From NCBI GenBank assembly GCA_025558095.1, contig JAIVFI010000005.1, forward strand, positions 62,001 to 126,000: a DNA stretch of 64,000 nt. Direction: 5' to 3'. Under the pieces are notes generated by a model. The model searched no databases. It worked only from the letters and a program-made list of their open reading frames with translations, and was not told where the DNA came from. The DNA comes from Hyaloraphidium curvatum SAG 235-1. Taxonomy: Eukaryota; Fungi; Monoblepharomycota. A program made the translations under genes and the position numbers. Shown in pieces: positions 10,512 to 20,015 of the stretch (positions are counted from its first letter, which is position 1; each line of letters begins with the position of its first letter).

Positions 10512-11800
10512 CTATAAGAGATCCAGCTCGGGTTCCTGCTCGGTGGCCGTATCCGACGCCTCGTCGGAATCGGAATCTTTCCCTTCGCCATCGGACTCCA
10601 GCGCACTGCCAGCAAACTCCCGCAAGCAATCGATCTCGTGCGAAGCGTGACTGATGAATTCTGGATTGAACGCCGCGAAAAGGTCAATGAGCTGCAGCAT
10701 CTGAGCAGCCTCTTCAGGCATTGTCCCGGTCACGTCCACCATAAAGCAGTCAGCTTGCAGCTCATTCAAGTGTGAGTGGGAGCTCAGCACATTGCTGATT
10801 CGGTTGATGTCGTCTTGGGGAAGCGGGGGGCAGTCAAGGAAAAAAAAGCCAAGCGCCTCGAGATTCGGAGGAAGTCCGTCCGCCAGCAGAACAGGATCGA
10901 AGCCCCCCAATTCCAAATCCGTGATGGACTTCAAGTCAACGAGGCGCAGCCATGTATCCCGTTCCGTGTCCTCCGAAACCAGGTTTTCCCAATCGAAGAG
11001 TGAGATCACGGTAGGAGCAAAGGCCGGGCTATTCAGAAGATCGCGCACCATCGCTTGATCGAGCCGGACGAGTGACGCAATCTTTGCAATGAAGTCGGAA
11101 GGCCAGAGGGAAGGCGGTGGGGCACGCAGAAGATACAGATGGACTTCGACCGAAGACGGGCACGAGTCCCCACCGAAAGCCGACACGAGCTCCTCGCAAA
11201 GCTCCCCTTCCAGACGAAGAACCCACAACTCCGGAAAATGAGACCGAAGGCCGGGGCGAACGAGCGGCTGGAGCAAATCGAGTTCCAAACCGTTCTGGAA
11301 CGAATCCAGTACTACATCCAGCTTGAGGTCACGGAGGCAGGGAAAATGGCTGTCCGCACAATAGTGCAACAGGTCTGGCCGGGCGAGCAGGGAGATAGAG
11401 GTTACCCCAGAGCAAGCCTGGAGAATGGTCTGGAGGACTTTGACACGCTCTGGTTGCAGAACGCCGCCCAATTGAAGGTGTCGAACGTGGCGGAAGAGAT
11501 GCTTTCTGTCCCAAAGCTCCACACTATCTGCGCAAGCCTATTCGATCGAACGTCCACGGGCGGGAACGTTCGCCACCGCAGCGGCTCCAGCAGCTCGAAG
11601 ACCTCGCGGGACGCGAGCGCAAACTCCAGCAGCTCTTCGCTCTCCTCATCTTCGTAGAACCGCGCAATGTGAAGCAGAATCTCCGGCGGAAGCGACGGCG
11701 ACGGGCCGTAAACGACGTCAGGTCTCGATGACGTGTCGGACTCGGGCGACAATGCAGCTGCGCCGGCCGCGGAAGGCGTCGCAAGCGCGAGGGCTGTCAT
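10512..11800 (-). pseudogene. F-box + LRR-like protein with a 2-bp frameshift
   Basis: F-box LPPEILLHIARF in the 11402-11875 frame; LRR-like body (LRDLKL, LWVLRL, ITDLEL, LEALGF) in the 10512-11522 frame. Removing one TG from ATAGTGTGGAG (~11520) gives continuous QIVELWDRKH. Confidence 0.65.
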
Positions 11801-12022
11801 CGCCAGAGGCCCTTTGGCGAGTTGAGCTCCAAAGTCGCCGCCGCGTTTGGAAGGAAGGAGGAGGAGGTCAAGCAAAGCTATTCGTGTCGCCGCCGCCCAT
11901 CACCGTCCGAAGTGCAAGCTTGCTCGCAAAAGAAGACCAACAAAACATGATTCAATGGCTAGTAGTGGTCGTACATTACATAAGAGGAATGAGCAACGCT
12001 GCGGTGCTCTCCAACGCCCCGT

Positions 12023-13419
12023 TCAACCCTGCGCCTCCTTCTTCTGCTCCTTGGCCTCCTTCTTCTTCTGCTTCTCCTCCTTCTCGTCGGCCTTCTGCGC
12101 CTTCTCCCACGCCTTGTCGGCCTCCTTCGCCTTTTCCTTGAGCGCCTTGAGCTCCGGGTTGTACGTCGGCTGCGCGAGGAGCGCGTCGATCAGCTCGTGC
12201 TTCTCCTTCTGGATCTCGGGGTCCGAGGCCGGGTAGCGGAGCGGGAGGGCGGCGAGGGTCTCGCGGATGATGGATGCGACGCTCAATTGCATATATTTCT
12301 TTTCGTCTGCAGCAGCGGGTGGTCAGATGTGGTCTGAAGGGTTGTTGAGGACGTCGGGCATGAGCTCACCAGCCGGGATGCAGAACCAGGGGGCATAGTC
12401 CTTCGACGTGTGGTTGATCAGGTCCTCGTAGGCCTCCATGTACTTGGGCCATAGGTCGCGCTCCCTGAGGTCGTTCTTCTCGAACTTCCTGTAAGCCCGC
12501 GAGCAGGAGCCCCGCGATGGCAGGACGGCACGCGGTGAGACAGATCACCACGACCCGGACGCCGGAAACCCACCAGTTCTTGGCCGGGTCCTCGAGCCGC
12601 TTGATCAGCCGGTTCCGCTGCTCGTCGCGGCTGACATTGAGCCAGAACTTGAGGATCTTGGTCCCGTTCCGGGCGAGGTGCTGCTCCATGTTCGTGATCG
12701 ACTCGAAGCGCTCCTTCCACATCTCCGGGGGCTGCGTCACGTCGTCGGGCAGGTTCTGGTTTGCGAGGATGTTCTGGTGCACACGGACCACAAGCACCTC
12801 CTCGTAGTACGACCTGCAGCGAGTTGGCCATCTTCAGACGCCATTCGGTCCGGGCCAGCTCACCTGTGGAGGGAATTGTCAGTTTCAAGAAGCGATTCGC
12901 CCAGCAACGCACCAACCTGTTGAAGATGCCGATCCGGCCACGTTCGGGGAACTTCTCGTCTGAAGAAAAGCTCCCAAATCAACAAAGATTCCGACAGAAA
13001 GCCGACGACGGCAAACGTACACGTCCTCCAGAGAAAGTCGTGCGCCAGCTCCTCCTTGGAGGGGGACTTGAACGAGTACACCTGGCAGCCGGCCGGGTTC
13101 ACGCCGGAGAGCACGGCCTTGACCGTCGAGTCCTTCCCGGAAGCCTGCATCGCGTCGCCACGTCGGCAACAGACAATATGGAGCGCAAACAACCGCTACT
13201 CACGTCCATGGCCTGGAAGATAACCAGCAGCGAGTAGCGCGCGTCGGCGTAGAGCACATCCTGCAGCTCTTCGAGCGCGTCCACCACGTCCTCGAGCAGG
13301 TGTTTGGCCTGCTTCCCCGTCGGGTACGACGGGTCCGGGAAGGAGGGCGCGTCCGCGACGCGGAACTTGCCGTCCGCGGGGATTCGGTGCCGGTCCGAGA
13401 AGGGCGTCGCGGAGCTCAT
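12023..13419 (-). CDS. ppk2: Polyphosphate kinase 2 (PPK2), class III-type polyphosphate:nucleotide phosphotransferase; 5 introns
   Basis: Spliced: LLVIFQAMD|ASGKDS (Walker A), [28 protein letters not shown]|[32 protein letters not shown]|[23 protein letters not shown]|DEK. Confidence 0.93.
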
Positions 13420-13920
13420 CGCGCGGCGGCCACAGGCGGAGTTAAAGTGGTGGCTTCAAAGACCGAGAAGAGACGCAGAAGAGGTCGGAGCGACGGGGTT
13501 TCCGCGGCGTTTGCGATGTCACGGAGTTGTGGGCGGCGCCACCCATGACCGCCTCTCGCGCGAGGGGCGTCAGGGTCTCGAGATCGGACCCTCGCTCAGA
13601 TCCATCAGGATGCGAAAAGCAGAAAGATTGTGGGTGAAAAGAAAGCTCGTTCAGCGTCTCACTGGTCGGGAAGCAACGGAGAACGCATGACCAGGACCTT
13701 CGACTTCGACCTCCATCACGACCATCGAAGAACCGCCCTCTATGGACATCCCATCTACGACAACTTTTCGGGCCAACGTCCAGCTGCTTGCATACGGATC
13801 TGCCCAACGTGAAACCTCCCGGAAACGTCCCGACGGATGGCAGAGAGTCGCGAAGTTTAGTGAGCGTCCTGCCAACCACAAGTCAGTCACACGGCTCACA
13901 GAACAGAGAAAACCGGTTTT

Positions 13921-15124
13921 TTATACCGGATCGTGAAAGTGGAATTTCTCAGCGCCAACAGCAGCCTGGGGAAGGTCCAGTGGGTCAGGAACTGAAGGGG
14001 ATCGAAGCAGAGAGGGCTCCGTACCATGACCGTGTCGAAGATGCCGAACTGGCCGGCCGTGAGCGTGCCAATCATGACGCAACGAGCGGCGAGACCGGTA
14101 GTCATGAGCTTGACGGGTCCCATGTCCCTGGCAATGCGGACGAGACGGGTCATGGTCGAGCCCTCTCCGCCGGCGCCCTTCTTGTTGATCTTGGACAGAA
14201 GGGTGTCGGCGGGGTGCGAAACGATCGCGGCGACGACACCGGCAATGACACCGGAGCCGAGCGAGACCGAGACGTTCGTGCCCTGGGAGCACTTGTCGGG
14301 GGTGGTGCCCATCGACTTGTAGATCGCCTCGGCGGCCTTGCCCTGGACGGCGAACTTGGCCATCGTGTAGGGGACCTGCTTGAGCAGGATGGGGCCGAGA
14401 CCAGCGTAGAAGCCGAGGACGCCGTCGGTTTTGAGCATGCGGGCAGCGCCAGCGCCCAGGCCCTTGGGGAAGGTCGGGTCCGACACGGAGCGGATGCGCA
14501 CGGCCTCGAGCGGGCAGAGGAAGAGGTCGGCGATGAACTCGGCCATGGCAGCGGCGGCGAGGTAGATGTTGGTGCGCTGCTTCCACGCCTCGCGCTCCCC
14601 GAGCCGCTGAGCGATGTTGATCTCTGTAGTGACCATCCCGCGATCAGAAAACGACAAGCAGCACGGGAAAACGGCGAAACTCAATGAAATACTCGACGCC
14701 CCCAAACTTAAACCATCCCTGGACGAAGTAGCCGGCCGCCGTGGCACCCAGGCCGGTCGTCAGGGCCATGGCACCCTCCTCCGCGACCACGGTGCGGAAA
14801 GCGCTGATCATGCCCTTGTTGTAGCGCACGGGGTCGAGCTGGATGCGCGTCCTGCGATGACAACCGTTGCATTAGCAATCCATCGTAGAATGCCGGGCCG
14901 GGGGGTGGTTGTTGGGTTGGTTGTCCAGGGACTCGGCCCCTCCCGCCACCAACACCCCGTCCCGGCCTCCGGGCCGCGAATCCCGATGCCTACTTGACAA
15001 CATCGACGGGGCACACGGCGCCGTGCGTGATCGAGCAGCAGATGCCGCCGGCGAGCGCGGAGCGGAGGTAGTAGCCCATGCCGTAGGCCGGCTCGGCGTG
15101 CGCGTCCAGGGCGGCGGCCACCAT
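13921..15124 (-). CDS. Mitochondrial phosphate carrier (SLC25A3/Mir1/Pic2 family)
   Basis: AGGICCSITHGAVCPVDVVK|TRIQLDP, GYFVQGWFKFGGVEYF, AEFIADLFLCPLEAVRIR, KQVPYTMAKF, SHPADTLLSK. Ends AEKFHFHDPV. Probable 5'UTR intron at ~15138-15190. Confidence 0.95.
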
Positions 15125-15962
15125 TGTCGCAGGGTTCTGCGCGCACAAGTCAATAACAGAAGTATCAACAGCGCACGGGCCCAGCGCACCTGGGCGAGGC
15201 TCGCGGCGAAGGCTGGGGTCGCAAAAAGAGGTTGAGCGGCGTGGCGCGGCGGAAGCGCGCTTCGGCATCACTCCCGGCCCCACCCGATCGAACTCCAATA
15301 CACCGATTCCAGCCGATGAAGAGTCGGGAACAGCTCCAAACGAATATTCTGGTCATTCTTGGCTGCTGGGCCTGCTCTCGGCCGCGATGCATCTGTTTTC
15401 CGCGTTGGATCACCGTTGAAAGCGTAACCACGCCTTGTGAAACTCGGCCCCCCCTCTACACCCTTGATGGATGGCTCCTATCGTTGTTCTCTCTCCCAGA
15501 TACCTCTTGAGATGGCTTCTTGTCGGAGATGTGACTTCCTGTTGCCCTTTTGGTAGTCTTGTTCGCCTTCTCACTCATTGTCTTCGGGACCTAAGGCGCT
15601 TCCGAGTGTTCTCCGGCAAGCAGAAGCACCTGAATTCATCCTGACGGATGATACACGACTCAGTACACCATGCCTGACAGCGCCATGGTGGTCATTGCGA
15701 TGCCGTCCCGTTCAAGCTTCACGACCGTTCGTTCTGTGCTTGACCCCTCAACTTGTTTGCCGAAGAGCTTTCAAATTAGAACTCTGGTCAGCGCTCACGA
15801 TCTCCAGCCTTCGTAATGGCACAATGTTGAGAGATGGTTCATAGTTCATCCGTCAAAGACCAGTTGAACGAAGTGCCTTGTCATGGAACAAACCTCGCCG
15901 TTTTCGCAGCGACCGAACAAGAAACCTCCGCCTTTTCGTCTCGGTTCGGTTTCCTTACAGAA

Positions 15963-17831
15963 TCACCTCCAGGACCTCCCTCCCCAAGGCCTCCCGCCCC
16001 GCTGCCCGCCCTGCCTCTCCACGACACCGACACCGGGCTGCACGTCCTCCTCCCGCACCGACGCCGGCCTCCATCCCCCCTTGCCGTCCAGCCTGTCCTT
16101 GGCCGTGGCCTCGTCCACGGGGAGCCAGTACACCTCGGTCCGCCTCCCGCCCTGCTCCGACGCCGCCGAGCGGAACAGCTCCCCGAGCGACTTGTCCAGC
16201 TTCGGGGCCGGCGGCAGGGTCCACGGTTCCTCGTGGGTGAACTGCTTGAACCCGCGGCCGCGGATGGTCAGGCCCTTGGCTTCCTCCTTGGGCGCCGGCG
16301 CCGGCGCAGGGCGCTCGCGGTGCCGCTCGGGTACGGCGACGGCTGCAGGGCCAGGACGGCGACGGGCGGCGTCTTCGGCGGCGGACTTGGCGACGAACTC
16401 GCGGGCGTCGGCAGCCTGGAGGTAGGTGCACGATAGGAGACCGCCGTCGGTGCGTTCGGGAGGATAGCTAGTGCCGTGGAAGGCTTCGTGTGCCGATTCG
16501 GCGGCATCTGCAGCAGCAAACTGGCGATCGGGCCCAAATTAATGACAAGATTGTAGCCCGAGGTGACAGAAAACACCCACAATGACGACGGCCTTGCTCC
16601 TAACGCTGTCCATCCAAAACTCCTCCACCTCGCCCGACTCCTCAATCTTGGCGCGGAGGGATGGAATGTGCAGCGGCCTCACGAAGCCGCTGATCTGGAG
16701 CGCCTCGGTGGGCCCGTCGGCCTCGGGCACGATCGGCGCGGTGGAGCGGGGGAGGGTCGAGAGGGCGAGGGAGCGGAGGTGCGCGGCGTCGGCCGCCTTG
16801 GGAACGGTTGGGGAATCGGCGGTCGCCGGAGGCGTTGCGGCGGCTGCAGCAGGGGCGGGTACCGGCACAGAAATGACGTTCGAGGGAGGGGTGGCGGAGC
16901 GATCGAGCTTTGGGCGCTTGACCTGCGCCGGAGGCGGTGAGGGCGACGAGGCGCGCTTGGCAGCCGGGGCAGGTGAGGGCTCGCGGTCGCGCTTTTTTCC
17001 CTGAAGCTGTTCCTCAGCGGGTTTGGGTACGTCCTCGTGGTGGTCGTTCGACTTGGAAGGCTCCCGTGATGCCTCCTTGACCTGATTCCGCGAGTCCTCT
17101 TTCGCGGGCTCTTCGGGCCGCTCCTTGGGTTCTTCTTCCGGCTTGGCGTCAGGTTCGCGTTCGGCGGCGGTGTCCTCCACATCATCTACGGCCGGCGGCG
17201 CCTCCATGTCCGCGTCTTTCGCCGCCTGTGGCTCCTCAGCCGGAAGAGTCTCGGCCGCCGCCTCAGGCTCCGGCTCCTCAGCCTTCACTTCTTCGGCAGC
17301 CGCTTGCGCCTTGTCATCGAGCTCCATCGCAGCAGCGTCGCGATCGGCTGGCTCGTCCCCGGCCTTTTCCTCCTGCGTGTCGCCCTCGTGGGCTTCGCTC
17401 GCGGCCTCCTCGTGGTCGTCTTCCTCCTCGGCGTGCGCCGCGGCTTTCCCGCCTTTCCGGCCCCGCGCCGGCGTCTTGGCCGCCTTCCCCTTTTCCGCCT
17501 TTGCCCGGCCCCTGCCGCGGCCCTTGGCCGGGTGCTCTTCTTCCTCCGGGGCCTCCTCCTCGGGGGCCGCCTCCTCCGTCGGCGCGTGCCCCGCATCCCC
17601 CTCCGCATCCCCTTCCTCGGCGTGCTCCCCACCCTCCTCGCCGTTTTTCTTCTCGATCTCCTCCGTCAGCCGGTCCACGAGGTCCTTCTTCAGGCCGGTG
17701 GTCTCGAGCCCGAGCTTAGTGCACCATTCGCGCAGCACCGCGACCGTGAGCTTCCCCAGCGCCGCCGGGTCGGGCAGCTCCGCGTCGGAGGGTGCGGGAG
17801 CCGCGTGTTTGCGCGGCGTTTTCGGCGCCAT
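15963..17831 (-). CDS. Acinus-like SAP + RRM + RSB-motif protein (ASAP splicing complex)
   Basis: SAP domain LTVAVLREWCTKLGLETTGLKKDLVDRL; acidic linker; RRM ISGFVRPL...FWMDSVRS; C-terminal LGELFR...VYWLP; 1 intron. Confidence 0.85.
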
Positions 17832-18288
17832 GGCGGAAGGAGGCCGGCCTCTGGCGCGGAGGAAAATCGACGCGGTTGGTCGTGTGGGGTTAGGATTTTC
17901 GATTAAATCGACACACGGATACCGGAAACTGCTAGTTGGGTGGCCAGGAGCCCGATCGACGCAGTTCCGGAGATGCATGAGACTGTTGGTGATCCCTAGC
18001 TCGTTGTAGGCTCTGCTGCCCGTGTCGCTACGGGGGGCCACATCCGACAACGATCCGCGTTGCCTTCTCGCCCTTCGGGCTCCTCATCTCGCGTTCCGGT
18101 CATCCGAGATACGCGCTTTGCCCGGTAGTGGAACTGTCATTGAGTCCGATATTGACGGTGTTTCAATAGTGTACGACGCCGTTGATTGATGTTTCGGCCG
18201 GGTGGACTCATCCCGCAAGCTCGCTTGGCTGGCGCGGAGAAAGCTCTCAAACGACTACGACTCTCCTCCTCGGCGCTCTCCCACAGCG

Positions 18289-19959
18289 ATGAGCGCCATC
18301 GCCGCCGCAGAAACCCGCATTTACGAGGTGCGTATGGCCTGGGCGTTAGCCCTGCGCGCCGCGAAGGAGGCGGAGGCCGCTCTCGCCGCCCGCGTCCGGG
18401 CTCAGGAGGATTCCTTCCAAGCCTGGGCAGCGCTCTTTCGCGGAGCCGGGGAGCGACTGGCAGCCGCGGAACGCGCCAAGGACGACGCGGATCTAGCTTG
18501 GGAGGCCGCGCTGCATGTCAAGAGCACGACAGATGTGGAGCTGGCCCGGGCTGCCTCTGCCAAGCGGGCGGCGGAGGAAGACTTGGCCCTCTTGTTAGCC
18601 CCTGTCCCTCCCGAGAACCCGATCCAGGAGCTCAATGTCGATCCCGCGGATCTCGGTGGAAACCCCGACGACGGACCCGCTGAAGGTGGTGCTGCCGAAG
18701 CTGAGCCGGAGCCGCACGACGAGCTGCTTGGCGACCATGACTGGGACGACTTGGCTCCGGATCACCCCGTGGACGATGGCGACAACGCTGCAGCGCAGCC
18801 CGGTGCCGACATCCTGGTAGTCGACCGCCCTCGGCTCCCGAACGAGCTGGTCAGGGAGATCTTTGCCATCCTCCAGCGCGAGAAGAAGCTTGCAACGCTG
18901 GCTGCCTGCGTGAGGGGATGCCGGCTGTTCCACGCGCTCGGAATGGAGCTGCTCTGGAAGGACGTCACGCTGACACTTGACCCTATGGCACCCAATGGGT
19001 CCGTCAGGAAGTGGAGGGGTTTATTGGCCGGCACGAAGAAGAACTCGCAGTGGCAACTTGTCAAGGAGCTGGATCTTCGGGGCGCTGTGCACGGCTGGCA
19101 GCTTCAACCTGAGGCGCTCAAGGTCCAGCTTGCGCTCGTGCGTCAGTTGAGGAATCTCGAGGTCCTGAAGATTGATGCCAGGTACGGACAATACTGGCCA
19201 CTGGTCGAGAGACTCTCTGGACTTGAGGTACTCTGGATTACTGTTCGTGACGGAGGCTCTACTTCTTGGCGGAATGCCTCTATTCCACAGAGTATTAAGA
19301 AGCTGCATCTGCACGACTTTACGGGGTTGGGTGACGTTGACAACAACCTTAAAGCACTGTACCGTTCCATAACCGCGCCCGCTTCTCTTCTTCACGTGCA
19401 CTTTGCGGGCATTTTGGCTCCGTCTTTCTTGAGCCAGGCTGCTGTGGTTTCCAAGATCCGCAGCCTCGACTTACGCGCGGCGGATTCTAAGGACTTCCGC
19501 TCCCTCGTGCTGCACCCCGGTTTCTGCCCCTTAGAGCTCAAGTTGCGTCGCACCCCTTACTCGGAGTACGATCTGAGCGATTGGTCTGCGATCAGCAAGA
19601 TTGAGGGCCTTGAGCGGCTCGTGCTCGACGGCTTCACGCGCAAATTCCTCCCGGCAGACTCTTCACTCTTCCCCAGGCTCCAGGTGCTCGAGCTCATCCT
19701 ACAGCACCGACCCACGGACGGGGTCGACTGCATTGCCTGGCACTGCACTGTCCTTCCTCCCCCGGACCCAGAGTTTTGGCGCGCAGTAGGCAAGGTTCAG
19801 GTGTACTGGCAGGTGCTGAAGCCGGATCTCGGGGTCTTCAACACGGCGGCCGACCGTAAGTTGATGGATGAGCAGCTCCAGCGGTGGGAATCGGAGCGCG
19901 ACTATTGGGAGAAGGTCGCGGCCCTGACGGGCGGGCGCTTCCGGGACGGCTCGAGGTGA
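18289..19959 (+). CDS. Intronless F-box/LRR-like protein with Ala-rich helical N-terminus (paralogue A)
   Basis: RLPNELVREIF...LAACVRGCRLFHALGMELLWKDV F-box-like region; LRNLEVLKI and LEVLWI repeats. Confidence 0.8.
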   Translation: MSAIAAAETRIYEVRMAWALALRAAKEAEAALAARVRAQEDSFQAWAALFRGAGERLAAAERAKDDADLAWEAALHVKSTTDVELARAASAKRAAEEDLALLLAPVPPENPIQELNVDPADLGGNPDDGPAEGGAAEAEPEPHDELLGDHDWDDLAPDHPVDDGDNAAAQPGADILVVDRPRLPNELVREIFAILQREKKLATLAACVRGCRLFHALGMELLWKDVTLTLDPMAPNGSVRKWRGLLAGTKKNSQWQLVKELDLRGAVHGWQLQPEALKVQLALVRQLRNLEVLKIDARYGQYWPLVERLSGLEVLWITVRDGGSTSWRNASIPQSIKKLHLHDFTGLGDVDNNLKALYRSITAPASLLHVHFAGILAPSFLSQAAVVSKIRSLDLRAADSKDFRSLVLHPGFCPLELKLRRTPYSEYDLSDWSAISKIEGLERLVLDGFTRKFLPADSSLFPRLQVLELILQHRPTDGVDCIAWHCTVLPPPDPEFWRAVGKVQVYWQVLKPDLGVFNTAADRKLMDEQLQRWESERDYWEKVAALTGGRFRDGSR

Positions 19960-20015
19960 AGGATGCATCCAATGTAGCCACAGCATATGCATTACATTTC
20001 CAACGTCAACTTGCC

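Noticed and set aside
12023-13419. Bacterial contamination as the source of ppk2 and other bacterial-like genes
   Set aside because: They carry canonical spliceosomal introns and are interleaved with eukaryote-specific genes of similar composition.
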